A stretch of DNA of 61,594 nt, filler included, from 3 parts of 3 records of this genome joined end to end with filler, not necessarily neighbours in it, one strand, 5' to 3'. Positions 9,564-20,113 are shown, counted from the first letter of the whole stretch. Numbers and translations: made by a program. The notes: a model not told the origin generated them from the letters alone.

Positions 9564-11360
9564 ATGAAGAAATTAAGAAACATTGCCATTATTGCTCACG
9601 TTGACCATGGTAAAACTACTTTGGTTGATAAAATGATAATGCACAGCAACATTTTTAGAAAGAATGAGAATCCTGGAGATTTAATCCTGGATAACAACGA
9701 CTTGGAGAGAGAGCGTGGAATTACCATCTTGTCAAAGAACGTTTCTCTTGAGTACAAGGATGTAAAAATCAATATTATTGACACTCCTGGTCACTCCGAC
9801 TTTGGTGGTGAGGTTGAGCGTGTATTAAATATGGCTGATGGTGTATTGCTTTTGGTAGATGCATTTGAAGGAACCATGCCTCAAACTCGATTCGTATTAT
9901 CGAAGGCATTAGCTTTAGGTCTTAAACCTGTTGTTGTTGTAAATAAGGTTGATAAGCCAAATTGCCGTCCGGAAGAAGTACAGGAACAAGTTTTTGAGTT
10001 GATGTTCAATTTGGAAGCAACTGAAGAACAGTTGGATTTCCCAACTATTTACGGTTCTGCTAAACAAGGATGGATGTCGAAAGATTGGAAGAAACCAACC
10101 ACTGACATTACAGCAATTCTTGATGCTGTTATTGAGTTTATTCCTGAGCCAAAAACAATTGAAGGTACTCCTCAAATGTTAATTACATCTCTTGACTATT
10201 CAGCCTACGTTGGTCGTATTGCTGTAGGACGTGTTCACCGTGGTGAATTACGCGAAGGTATGGATGTAAACTTGGCTAAGCCTGATGGAAGCCTTAAAAA
10301 ATCACGTATCAAAGAACTTCATGTATTTACAGGCCTTGGAAAAGAAAGAGTTCAATCGGTAAAATCTGGCGAACTTTGTGCATTAGTTGGAATTGAAGGT
10401 TTTGATATTGGAGATTCAATTTGCGACCTTGAGAATCCAGAAGCTTTAGAGCCTATTGCTATTGATGAACCAACAATGAGTATGTTGTTTACCATTAACA
10501 ACTCTCCATTCTATGGAAAAGATGGTAAATATGTAACTTCTCGTCACCTTATCGATCGTTTAAATAAAGAACTGGAAAAGAATTTAGCTCTTAGAGTTGA
10601 AAAAACTGAATCCGCCGATTCTTATATCGTATATGGTCGTGGTGTTCTTCACTTGTCTGTATTAATTGAAACAATGCGTAGAGAAGGATACGAACTACAA
10701 GTAGGTCAACCACAAGTTATCATCAAAGAAATTGACGGTGAAAAATGTGAGCCAATCGAGGTGTTGTATATCGATCTACCTGAAGATGTTTCAGGAAAAG
10801 CAATCGAAATTGTAACTCAGCGTAAAGGTGAAATGTTAACAATGGAACGTAAGGCTGATCGCATTCACCTTGAATTCCATATTCCATCACGCGGTATTAT
10901 TGGATTAAGAAATCAGATGTTGACTGCAACTGCAGGAGAAGCTGTAATTTCTCACCGCTTTTTAGAATACCAACCACACAAAGGTGATATTCCTGGACGT
11001 ATTAATGGTTCATTAATTGCAATGGAAACTGGCCTTACTTTTGCTTATGCATTGGGTAAACTGCAAGATAGAGGTAGCTTTTTTGTTGCTCCTACCACTG
11101 AAATTTATGAAGGACAGGTAATTGGTGAAAATAACCGTGCTGGTGATTTGGTATTGAATGTAACCAAAACTAAAAAACTTACCAACATGCGTACCTCTGG
11201 TACTGATGACAAGGTTAGATTAGCCCCTCCAATCATTCACTCTCTTGAAGAAGCTTTAGAATACATCCAGGGTGATGAGTATGTTGAGGTAACTCCAAAC
11301 AATATTCGTTTAAGAAAAATTTTCTTGAAAGAAACAGATCGTAAAAGAGCTGCGAAATAA
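9564..11360 (+). CDS. typA: Translational GTPase TypA/BipA
   Basis: [64 protein letters not shown]-terminal EVTPNNIRLRK. Confidence 0.97.
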   Translation: MKKLRNIAIIAHVDHGKTTLVDKMIMHSNIFRKNENPGDLILDNNDLERERGITILSKNVSLEYKDVKINIIDTPGHSDFGGEVERVLNMADGVLLLVDAFEGTMPQTRFVLSKALALGLKPVVVVNKVDKPNCRPEEVQEQVFELMFNLEATEEQLDFPTIYGSAKQGWMSKDWKKPTTDITAILDAVIEFIPEPKTIEGTPQMLITSLDYSAYVGRIAVGRVHRGELREGMDVNLAKPDGSLKKSRIKELHVFTGLGKERVQSVKSGELCALVGIEGFDIGDSICDLENPEALEPIAIDEPTMSMLFTINNSPFYGKDGKYVTSRHLIDRLNKELEKNLALRVEKTESADSYIVYGRGVLHLSVLIETMRREGYELQVGQPQVIIKEIDGEKCEPIEVLYIDLPEDVSGKAIEIVTQRKGEMLTMERKADRIHLEFHIPSRGIIGLRNQMLTATAGEAVISHRFLEYQPHKGDIPGRINGSLIAMETGLTFAYALGKLQDRGSFFVAPTTEIYEGQVIGENNRAGDLVLNVTKTKKLTNMRTSGTDDKVRLAPPIIHSLEEALEYIQGDEYVEVTPNNIRLRKIFLKETDRKRAAK

Positions 11361-11396
11361 TAGAATATTGATTTCTATCAATACAATCTAAAATAT

Positions 11397-11432
11397 AAAA
11401 GAGCGACATCCAAAATTGGTGTCGCTCTTTTT
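11397..11432. terminator. Bidirectional terminator
   Basis: aaaagagcgacatc-caaaatt-ggtgtcgctctttt. Confidence 0.85.
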
Positions 11433-11557
11433 ATATATTATAAAGTAAGATATTTTACCTCACTGGCTCTTCCATCCCAAAATAGAAAAACATGCAACTT
11501 CAATTGCTAAAGGAATAGCAAGTAGACATTACTAAATTTGGGTAATAGGTTATAACT

Positions 11558-11779
11558 CTATACTATTTTAATACAATTTGTAGGACACAATTGAGCTACT
11601 CTCTCATTCTTATCCAATTCATCTTCGAAAATTTCCAACACAAAATCTTTCTTTATTTTTTTGGAACCAATCAAATCACACTTCCCATCCTCATCATTCA
11701 TTTTCCAAAACTCAGGAGCAATTTCTACACAATAACTACACCCAATACACTTCTCTTTACGATGAATAATTTTCTTCAT
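11558..11779 (-). CDS. Single-cluster ferredoxin
   Basis: CIGCSYC...AP and CPTNCI motifs; ATG at 11779 preferred over the TTG at 11800. Confidence 0.85.
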   Translation of the reverse strand: MKKIIHRKEKCIGCSYCVEIAPEFWKMNDEDGKCDLIGSKKIKKDFVLEIFEDELDKNERVAQLCPTNCIKIV

Positions 11780-11899
11780 TTTCGGTAAAAACATCCTCAA
11801 TCAATCGCTTTTTTAATGAATTTCAAATATAGCGCAAATATTTTTTAAAATTTTAATCGCTGATATTCATCATCTTACGCATTCATTGTAAATAAATAT

Positions 11900-11922
11900 G
11901 GTACTATGTATTGCATATTACC
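11900..11922. promoter_or_regulatory. Imperfect palindrome, likely PadR operator
   Basis: GGTACTATGTATTGCATATTACC has dyad symmetry and overlaps the expected -33 region of the promoter with -7 TATATTTG (11935-11942). Confidence 0.6.
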
Positions 11923-11987
11923 TTTTTTTGTACGTATATTTGTATAACAAGATTATATGTTACGACCAGTATTATAAAACTAACAAA

Positions 11988-12428
11988 ATGAAAAATTCAA
12001 AAACAGACAAACGACTGAAAATCATCTTAATGATTACAATTATGATGTCAATGTCTTTTGAATCGAAATCACAGGTGTGGAATATCAATAATAATTTAAG
12101 CCGAATTCTCACACCTATCGTGAATTTTACAACACAAATAATCACGGGCGATAATTCACTTGCTTCAGAGTCAGATACTGAAAGTGGATATTTTGATCAA
12201 GGATTTTTATTGCTTAAAGAAAACATTACAGTTTGTAAGGACATTTTAAGCTGTACACTAGATAGTGTAGAAGGTGAGCCATCAAATATCATTGAGGAAA
12301 CAAAACCGAAATGTGAATTTTGCCAGGACAGTACAATCACTAAAAAAGATACGTCGACAATAATAACACATAAAAAAAGACCTAAAACATTCCGTAATAA
12401 TCCGGGAAACATTAGATCTAGAATTTAA
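11988..12428 (+). CDS. Hypothetical exported protein, first gene of the padR-pspC operon
   Basis: ATG downstream of the promoter in an A-rich context; signal-peptide-like N-terminus; ends 13 nt before padR. Confidence 0.55.
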   Translation: MKNSKTDKRLKIILMITIMMSMSFESKSQVWNINNNLSRILTPIVNFTTQIITGDNSLASESDTESGYFDQGFLLLKENITVCKDILSCTLDSVEGEPSNIIEETKPKCEFCQDSTITKKDTSTIITHKKRPKTFRNNPGNIRSRI

Positions 12429-12441
12429 AAATATTCCAACT

Positions 12442-12765
12442 ATGAAGATAGAAAACACTAAAGCCCAAATGCGAAAAGGAGTGCTGGAATATTGTATTCT
12501 TTCCATTCTTTCAAAAAGCGATGCTTATGCATCGGATATCATTAAAGAGCTAAAAGAAGCCAAGATGATAGTGGTGGAAGGAACGCTTTACCCTTTACTT
12601 ACCAGGCTGAAAAATGCCGGTTTATTGAGTTACCGTTGGGAGGAATCAACTCAAGGACCTCCACGAAAATATTATACCAGCACCGAAGTCGGCAACGATT
12701 TCTTAAAAGAACTCGACAATTCTTGGCAAGAATTGGTAGATGCTGTAACAACCATTAAAAAGTAA
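12442..12765 (+). CDS. PadR-family transcriptional regulator
   Basis: QMRKGVLEYCIL, EGTLYPLLTRL, GPPRKYY. Confidence 0.95.
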   Translation: MKIENTKAQMRKGVLEYCILSILSKSDAYASDIIKELKEAKMIVVEGTLYPLLTRLKNAGLLSYRWEESTQGPPRKYYTSTEVGNDFLKELDNSWQELVDAVTTIKK

Positions 12766-12784
12766 GACTCAAAACCTTATACAG

Positions 12785-14365
12785 ATGAAAAAGACATTAA
12801 CGATAAATATAAGCGGAAGTATATTTCACATCGATGAAGATGCGTTTGATAAACTACAAAGCTATCTGCGCACCCTGAACCAACACTATGGCTCCGGAGA
12901 GGAAGGCAGAGAAATTATAACCGACATTGAAGCAAGAATTGCTGAAATCTTTCAAGAGAAACTAAGTTCTAAAGATCAGGTGGTAAATGTTGAGATGGTT
13001 GCAGAAGTAATCTCTATCATGGGAAATCCAGAGGAAATTTTTGCAACCGACGATGAAAACGCTGAACAGGAACCTACTTCGACAGCAAGCGCACAACCAA
13101 ACGGAAAGAAAAAGAGACGATTGTATCGAGATCCGGATCACAGGGTTTTAGGTGGTGTATCTAGTGGACTAGCAGCATACTTTGGAATCGATGTCGTATT
13201 TATTCGATTACTTTTTGCATTGTTTTTCATAGTCGGATATGGATTCTCTTTCATTTTATACATTATATTATGGATTGTTGTACCCAAAGCCATTACTACA
13301 ACTCAAAAACTAGAGATGAAAGGTAAAAAGGTCAACATTTCCAATATCGAAGAATCAATTAAAGATGAATACAAAGATGTAAAAGAGAACTTCGATAAAA
13401 TGCGTGAAAAAAACGGACCACAAGTAAAGGATGGTTTTGATCGTGCAATTGACTTCCTAGGATCTGCTCTTCGTTTGCTGCTTAAAGTGGTAATTATACT
13501 ATTAGGCGTAGGATTTATTTTTGCAGGTTTTGTATCATTAATCAGCTTTATTGGCTCAATGATTTTTGCTCATAGCTTCTTTGGACCTTTTGCCGATTTC
13601 CATTTTCCAGGGGCAATGTTTCCTAAATTATTCCTTGATGGAAGCAGCATCACTCTATTTACAATTGGTATAATAACTGTAATTGCGATCCCTTTAATGT
13701 TGTTGATTTTTGCAGGAATCAAATTACTTTTCAATTTTAAAACCAACAACAAAATTATTGGTTTTACAGCACTGGCAGTTTGGCTTACAGGAATCATCTT
13801 ATTAATCAGCCTTAGTTTTTCACAAGTAAAAGGTTACATGCATAGCAGTACCCGATATGCCGAGACTCATGATGTAAAAGCCTTAACAAGCGATACTCTT
13901 TACCTTAAAACCACCAACAATATTGGTGACGATTGGTTCGAAGGACACATCGACTTTGACCAGGTTAAAGTTTATATCAATGGCGAAGAAGAAATGATTG
14001 TTGGTGAACCAACTCTTGATATTGAAAGAAGTTATTCTGATAATTTTGAAATTAAACTCAGAAAAAAAGCCAGAGGAAGCTCAAGATCAAGCGCATTGGA
14101 CAATGCAAAAGGTATAGATTACAAATGGACACAATCAGATTCTGTAATTGTTTTCGATCGATTTTTCACTTTAGGAGAAGAAAACAAGTGGAGAAATCAA
14201 AGGCTTCATATCACAGTTAAAGTTCCTGAAGGAAAAGTAGTTTACCTTGATGATTCAATGGGCAAAATTATCCATGATATCGATAACGTAACAAACACAT
14301 GGGATTTTGACATGTTAGATCAAAAGTGGATCATGGAAAAAGAAGGTTTAAGTCCATTATATTAA
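12785..14365 (+). CDS. PspC domain-containing membrane protein
   Basis: N-terminal MKKTLTINISGSIFHIDEDA; PspC motif RRLYRDPDHRVLGGVSSGLAAYFGID...YIILWIVVP; further TMs and a beta-rich periplasmic C-terminus. Confidence 0.9.
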   Translation: MKKTLTINISGSIFHIDEDAFDKLQSYLRTLNQHYGSGEEGREIITDIEARIAEIFQEKLSSKDQVVNVEMVAEVISIMGNPEEIFATDDENAEQEPTSTASAQPNGKKKRRLYRDPDHRVLGGVSSGLAAYFGIDVVFIRLLFALFFIVGYGFSFILYIILWIVVPKAITTTQKLEMKGKKVNISNIEESIKDEYKDVKENFDKMREKNGPQVKDGFDRAIDFLGSALRLLLKVVIILLGVGFIFAGFVSLISFIGSMIFAHSFFGPFADFHFPGAMFPKLFLDGSSITLFTIGIITVIAIPLMLLIFAGIKLLFNFKTNNKIIGFTALAVWLTGIILLISLSFSQVKGYMHSSTRYAETHDVKALTSDTLYLKTTNNIGDDWFEGHIDFDQVKVYINGEEEMIVGEPTLDIERSYSDNFEIKLRKKARGSSRSSALDNAKGIDYKWTQSDSVIVFDRFFTLGEENKWRNQRLHITVKVPEGKVVYLDDSMGKIIHDIDNVTNTWDFDMLDQKWIMEKEGLSPLY

Positions 14366-14454
14366 GAAATAATTCTATCCATGTTTTACACCGATACCTT
14401 TTCAACACACACATTTTTTTCGGTGTAAACATGGTTAATTTAAAATAATCCCCA

Positions 14455-14952
14455 ATGAAAAAAATTGCAATAATATTACTAGCCATTGCATTACCAATGT
14501 TAATGCAAGCACAAACCAAAGGTGAAAAATTACACGCTAAATATTCAAACCTCGACGACTTTAACAGCTTCAGTTTTTCGGGAAGCTTTCTAAAAAATCT
14601 TGATTTTGAAGTTGATGAAGACGAATTAGAAAAGAATGTTACCGGCGATTGCAAAAACATTAAGTTTTTGACTTACAAGCACGATAACGGAAATGAAACT
14701 AAGTTTAAAAAAATTGTGATTTCTCAACTCTCTAAAGGTGATTCTTACAAAGAAGTACTTACCGAAGATCGTGATGAAAATTCTGACGAAGTTCATTTCT
14801 ATGCAAAAGGAAGAGGAAAAAAATTCAGCGAATTTCATATTCTTCATTACAATGACAATAGAACCTCACTTGTTTCCTTTTTTGGAGATTTTCATGTTGA
14901 CGAGTTGGAAACTTTATCGCACATGAGTTTTGATGACGAAGATGACAACTAA
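14455..14952 (+). CDS. DUF4252-like exported protein
   Basis: Signal peptide, KYSNLDDF and C-terminal LVSFFGDF resemble DUF4252. Confidence 0.65.
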   Translation: MKKIAIILLAIALPMLMQAQTKGEKLHAKYSNLDDFNSFSFSGSFLKNLDFEVDEDELEKNVTGDCKNIKFLTYKHDNGNETKFKKIVISQLSKGDSYKEVLTEDRDENSDEVHFYAKGRGKKFSEFHILHYNDNRTSLVSFFGDFHVDELETLSHMSFDDEDDN

Positions 14953-14963
14953 AAATTTTGCCT

Positions 14964-15161
14964 ATGAAACGTTTACTAAGATCAAAAGATAAAAAAATAG
15001 CTGGTGTTTGTGGAGGCATCTCCCACTACATCAATCCGGAATTAGATCCTGTACTTATTCGAGCAGGCTACTTAATTCTAACATTATTCAACCCATTAAT
15101 GTTATTGGTATATTTTATTTTGGCTGTTGTTTTGCCAGATTCAATTTACGAAACAGTATAG
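14964..15161 (+). CDS. Small PspC-domain protein
   Basis: KRLLRSKDKKIAGVCGGI...DPVLIR...YFILAVVLP. Confidence 0.88.
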   Translation: MKRLLRSKDKKIAGVCGGISHYINPELDPVLIRAGYLILTLFNPLMLLVYFILAVVLPDSIYETV

Positions 15162-15249
15162 TCTGATTTGAGTGCAATCTTCATCCTAATTTGGTGAAGA
15201 AGGTTTCGTCTTTTTCATCTATTCTTTACCAAAGGCATTCAAAAAGATT

Positions 15250-15281
15250 AAGGTTTCCTCCCTTTCGGGAAGAAACCTTTT
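15250..15281. terminator. Hairpin terminator between convergent genes
   Basis: aaggtttc-ctccc-tttc-gggaa-gaaacctt. Confidence 0.65.
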
Positions 15282-15312
15282 CTTATTTACACAGTTTTGC
15301 AACTATTCTATT

Positions 15313-18249
15313 TTAGTAATTAAATACTTCTTCAAGACTTAATTCATGAACGTTTCCTAATTTACTAAGAACTTTCATATCCAAATCTTTCTTATTACCC
15401 ACAACCAAATAGCAATGCTTTTTGTTTGCAATATGAGCATCGAAGAATTTCTTTAGATCATTAATATCCTGAGTTTTCACTTTCTCATATACATTCTTTC
15501 TGATATCGTAATCAATCCCTCTTCTTTGATTGCTTAAATACGTCCAGAAAACTCTTTCTTTAGTAATTCTTTCCGATTCAATCTTCTTCAACATGTTGGT
15601 TTTTGCCTCGTCGAATTGTTTTTGCTCATATGGCATTTCGTTCAACAATTCTAGTAAAGCATCAGTAGCATCTTTTACCTTATCAGCACTTGTAGCAACA
15701 TAAGAGAAAGAATAATGCGATTCATCTTTCTTAGAAGGCACAAAGTAAGCTGAGTATGCAGAATAAGCTAAAGCTCTTGACTCTCTAATTTCCTGGAAAA
15801 TAATAGAAGCCATACTTCCTCCATAGTACTCGTTAAACAAACGAATTTCAGGTAGCATATCAATATTCAACTTCTCATCTTTTGCAAGCATAATTAAATT
15901 TGCCTGAACCATATCGTAATCAACAAAGAAAATTTCATTGTTTGCGTAATCCATTTCTGGATATTCAGTCGCTGCAGGAATTTCTTTTAATTGATCTGCA
16001 ACTTTATGATTTAATTTCAATTGTTCCACAATTGCATCCTTTTCATTTGTCCCGTAATAGAATACTCTATGCTTGTAATCCTTCAATTGAGCCAATAAAC
16101 CAGTTAAGGATTCTGGATTAACTTTACGCAATTCATCTTCAGTTAAAATATCAGTATAAGCTGATTTTTTACCATACTTAGCGTAATTGGTTAAAGCACC
16201 TCTAAGAATCTCATCTTTATTTAATTTTCTATCCGAACGCTTTTTAATGATACCGTCAACATACTTATTATATGCTTCAACATCAGGTTTTGCATTGGCT
16301 AAAATGTGTTCTATTAATTCAACACCTTTATCGAATGATTTCTCTAAACCAGAAATATACACGTAACTTCTGTCGTTATTTGTGTTTACACCAATCGACA
16401 AACCATATTTAAACATTTCCTTTTGAAGCTCAGCAGGAGAATATTTGTCGGTTCCTAAAAAAGGAAGATAATTTACTGCAATAGGCAATTCTTTGTTATG
16501 ATTTTTACCCATTTCGTAGATATAAATCAACTTAAACAACTCAGTAGATTTGTTCTCCAGGTAATCCAAATTTACACCTGGCTTTAATTCTGAGCTTTGA
16601 ATTTCTTTTTCAAAATCAACCCATAACGGTTTTAATGCTGGCGTTTCTTTCGATGTTAATTCCTTATAAAATTCCGATTGTGATTTACGATCAATTTTAA
16701 TTGGAGTGATAACCGGCTTTTCAACCTTTACTACTTTATCATCCTTACCTCTACGCTTGTAAACAACAACATAGTTATCCTTGTAATGCTCGTTAGCAAA
16801 CTGTACCAATTCTTCCTTGGTAATTTTCTCTAATTCATCAATGAACTTCAGTTTGTCAGTCCAGGAAACATTGTTCGCAAAAGCTTCTGCAAAATCATGA
16901 GCTCTCCAATTCGATTCCGAACCTCTAATTGCATTTAAACGAGAATCATTAATTACAGCTTCAATCATCCAATCTTCGAATTCTCCCTTTTTAATTTTCT
17001 CAATTTCTCCCAAAATCAAATCCTTCACTTCTTCCATTTTCTGACCTTGACGAGGCATGCCATAAAATCCATGAACTCCATAATTGATCATGAAACTAGG
17101 ATAACAACCAGCACGCAATACCTTTTGTTGCTGATTTAGGTTCAAATCCATTAATCCTGCTTTTGAATTGTTTAAAATCCCATCGATTAATGTCACCATC
17201 TTCTCATCCTTAGAACCAATTCCATCAAAACGGAATGCCATTGACATTCTCTCTGCATCAGGACCAAAAACTTCCTTTACTACTGGTGCAGTAATAGCTT
17301 CTTCAACAGGAGATTTAAATTCAGGCACAGGTCTTGACTTAAGCTTTCCAAAAGTCTTATCAACCAATTGAATGGTTTCTTCAAAATCCAAATCACCAGC
17401 CATAGCAATAGCCATATTATTTGGCACATAATAAGTGTCAAAATAATTATGGATATTTACCATTGAAGGATTTTTCAAGTGCTCTGCTCTTCCTAAAGTA
17501 GTTTGAGTTCCATAAGGATGGTTCTTAAACAAACCAGACATGACAGCATAGTTCAATTTTCTTGAATCTCTATCCTGAGACATATTGAATTCCTCGTAGA
17601 CTGTTTCTAACTCGGTGTGGAACAATCTTAAAACAAGTTCACCAAATCTCTCTTCTTCAATATTCAACCATTTTTCAAGTTCGTTGGTAGGAATATCATT
17701 CATATAAACTGTGCGTTCATATGTTGTATATGCGTTGGTACCTTTGGCTCCAACAGAAGCAACTAACTTATCATACTCGTTAGCGACAGAATATTTCGCT
17801 GCAATAGCTGAAACACTATCAATTTTTGCATAAATAGCAGCTTTCTTTTTTGAATCTTTCTCAGTCTTATGTGCTTCATACAAATCAGAAATCTCAGCAA
17901 TCAATGCTTTTTCTTTTTCCCAATTGATGGTTCCAATTTCATTGGTTCCCTTAAACATCATATGCTCTAAGTAGTGAGCTAGTCCGGTAGTTTCAGCAGG
18001 ATCGTAGGTAGAACCGGCTTTTACAGGAATAAAAGTTTTGATTCTTGGTTCATCGCGATTTACCGATAAGTAGACTTTTAATCCATTATCGAGAGTATAA
18101 ATTCGAACTCCCATTGGGTCATTTGTTACCGTTTCGTAAGAATATCCATTCTTATCAGTCTCATGAACTACACGGTATTTTTCTTTGGGCGAGCATGCAA
18201 AGACCATTGCAGCAATCAGCAGAAAAAAAAGTACGTTTACCTTTTTCAT
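15313..18249 (-). CDS. M16 (insulinase-family) zinc metallopeptidase, lipoprotein
   Basis: Lipobox VFAC; GLAHYLEHMMFKGT (HxxEH); NAYT; IRESRALAYS. Confidence 0.93.
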   Translation of the reverse strand: MKKVNVLFFLLIAAMVFACSPKEKYRVVHETDKNGYSYETVTNDPMGVRIYTLDNGLKVYLSVNRDEPRIKTFIPVKAGSTYDPAETTGLAHYLEHMMFKGTNEIGTINWEKEKALIAEISDLYEAHKTEKDSKKKAAIYAKIDSVSAIAAKYSVANEYDKLVASVGAKGTNAYTTYERTVYMNDIPTNELEKWLNIEEERFGELVLRLFHTELETVYEEFNMSQDRDSRKLNYAVMSGLFKNHPYGTQTTLGRAEHLKNPSMVNIHNYFDTYYVPNNMAIAMAGDLDFEETIQLVDKTFGKLKSRPVPEFKSPVEEAITAPVVKEVFGPDAERMSMAFRFDGIGSKDEKMVTLIDGILNNSKAGLMDLNLNQQQKVLRAGCYPSFMINYGVHGFYGMPRQGQKMEEVKDLILGEIEKIKKGEFEDWMIEAVINDSRLNAIRGSESNWRAHDFAEAFANNVSWTDKLKFIDELEKITKEELVQFANEHYKDNYVVVYKRRGKDDKVVKVEKPVITPIKIDRKSQSEFYKELTSKETPALKPLWVDFEKEIQSSELKPGVNLDYLENKSTELFKLIYIYEMGKNHNKELPIAVNYLPFLGTDKYSPAELQKEMFKYGLSIGVNTNNDRSYVYISGLEKSFDKGVELIEHILANAKPDVEAYNKYVDGIIKKRSDRKLNKDEILRGALTNYAKYGKKSAYTDILTEDELRKVNPESLTGLLAQLKDYKHRVFYYGTNEKDAIVEQLKLNHKVADQLKEIPAATEYPEMDYANNEIFFVDYDMVQANLIMLAKDEKLNIDMLPEIRLFNEYYGGSMASIIFQEIRESRALAYSAYSAYFVPSKKDESHYSFSYVATSADKVKDATDALLELLNEMPYEQKQFDEAKTNMLKKIESERITKERVFWTYLSNQRRGIDYDIRKNVYEKVKTQDINDLKKFFDAHIANKKHCYLVVGNKKDLDMKVLSKLGNVHELSLEEVFNY

Positions 18250-18504
18250 AAATTTGGTTTTAATTTACTGTGTAAACCACAAAAATCTCCACCCCACTTA
18301 CACAAAGGCTCAAGAATCCTTTGCGATTCACACAATCAGTTTGAATTCGTTTTTTTAAATCCAACATTGGATTACAGTATTTTTACAAACTGTTAAATTA
18401 TATATTAATGAATTATTAACATATCATTTTTATCTTTTTTAACTAATACATTCGTTATTTAAAATTTTTATAGATTATTAACAAAATCAAAATGTTTATA
18501 ATTG

Positions 18505-18512
18505 TATTTTTG
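18505..18512 (+). promoter_or_regulatory. Bacteroidota -7 promoter element
   Basis: TATTTTTG(CAGC), 20 nt before the ATG. Confidence 0.6.
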
Positions 18513-18532
18513 CAGCTATCAAACAGACATCT

Positions 18533-19666
18533 ATGAAAAAATTACACACAATTGTATTACTAATATCGCTATTAACAGTAGCAAACTATCTATCTGCACA
18601 AACATTATCTCCTTACAAACATTTTAAAGAATTTGATTTTCAGGATAGCAGTAAGCTATTTTTTCGTTTCGAAAATTTGAACTTTGTTAAAAATAACGAA
18701 TACGGTGGCGATTATTTAAAAGGAACAACCTGGGTTGGATATCTAGCTACTCCTAAATTAATATATTCTCCAAGTAAAAATTTCAGAATTGAAGCTGGTG
18801 TAAGATTTCAAAAATATTCAGGTAGAGAAAACTTTACTGAATCAGAACCTATTTTTTCAGCAATATACAAGCCTTCCGAAAAAGTTAATTTCATCATTGG
18901 TAGTTTAAATCAGAATAACAACCACAACTTATCGGAACCTATGTTTGAACCAGAACGTTATTTTACCGAAACAGGTGAAAATGGATTCCAATTGCAATAC
19001 CAATCCAAAAGATTACAATTCGATACTTGGATCAACTGGGAGCAATTTATTTTAGAGAATGATCCGTTTCAGGAAAAATTCACTTTTGGAATAACTGGAG
19101 ATTATAAGTTAAACTCTATATCATCTAATAACACGCTTTCCATTCCTGTAGAAATAATGTTTACTCATCGTGGTGGTGAAATTGACAGCTCGGACGAATC
19201 TGTACAAACAATAGGTAACTTTGCTTCTGGATTAAAGTTTGAACGTAAAATTGCAAATGCAAGAATAAAATCCTGGAATATTAAAGCAATGGGCTACTAT
19301 TTTTCAGATAATTCTTCCGAGAAAGAATTCACCTACGATAAAGGACACGCCATCTATCCTCAAATTGGTATTAAAACAAAAAAATCAAGTTTGAGTTTAG
19401 GATATTGGAATGCCTATAAATATGCATCATCAAGAGGATCCGAATTATTTAAAACAAGAGTAATTGCTGAGGATAACTATATTGAAACAAGAAAGGAATT
19501 GGCAACTCTTAACTATTATTACGAACACAAAATTTCTAAAGGAATTCATTTTGGAGGCAAATTAGATGTGTACTACGACTTAAAAAATTCTAAAGAAAAT
19601 TTCGCCGCTGCTATTTATTTAAGAATTAATGGAGATTTCTTTCTTAAAAAGATCAATTGGAATTAA
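18533..19666 (+). CDS. Hypothetical outer-membrane beta-barrel protein
   Basis: Signal peptide; alternating aromatic/polar beta-strand pattern. Confidence 0.7.
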   Translation: MKKLHTIVLLISLLTVANYLSAQTLSPYKHFKEFDFQDSSKLFFRFENLNFVKNNEYGGDYLKGTTWVGYLATPKLIYSPSKNFRIEAGVRFQKYSGRENFTESEPIFSAIYKPSEKVNFIIGSLNQNNNHNLSEPMFEPERYFTETGENGFQLQYQSKRLQFDTWINWEQFILENDPFQEKFTFGITGDYKLNSISSNNTLSIPVEIMFTHRGGEIDSSDESVQTIGNFASGLKFERKIANARIKSWNIKAMGYYFSDNSSEKEFTYDKGHAIYPQIGIKTKKSSLSLGYWNAYKYASSRGSELFKTRVIAEDNYIETRKELATLNYYYEHKISKGIHFGGKLDVYYDLKNSKENFAAAIYLRINGDFFLKKINWN

Positions 19667-20052
19667 AACAAAAAACAAGTAGATATTAGCGAATAGTTTT
19701 GACACAAAATATCGAGGTTTACATCCCATCTGGAAAGATTTTCATTCTTATCAACTGCATATCAAATCATCAGAAATCATTTTATCACAAAAAATCGATA
19801 AAAAATAAAGGTCAAGATAAATTTATTTCCTACTTTTGCAGAGAAATTGTGACGATAGGCTTTCCAGTGAAGTATCCTACCCCAACCATTTGATTTGACT
19901 ACCCTTAGCAAGTACCAACTCAATATTGGGTAATGTATCAATTTTGATTTTTTCAGATGCTTAACCGCTCCACATTATCCCGATTATCCACACCAGGTTA
20001 AGTTATCCATCAAGAAATCAAGGAAAAAATTGGTGTATTTAGAGGATTCTTG

Positions 20053-20060
20053 TACTTTTG
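20053..20060 (+). promoter_or_regulatory. Bacteroidota -7 promoter element for the rplM operon
   Basis: TACTTTTG(CA), with TTG about 20 nt upstream. Confidence 0.65.
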
Positions 20061-20113
20061 CAAGCCAAATTGGAATAATTGTATTAAAGTATTAATTATT
20101 AAAAGTTTTAAAA

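Noticed and set aside
19699-19893. 64-aa TTG-start ORF upstream of rplM
   Set aside because: No recognisable motif, AT-rich spacer, overlaps a promoter element; probably spurious
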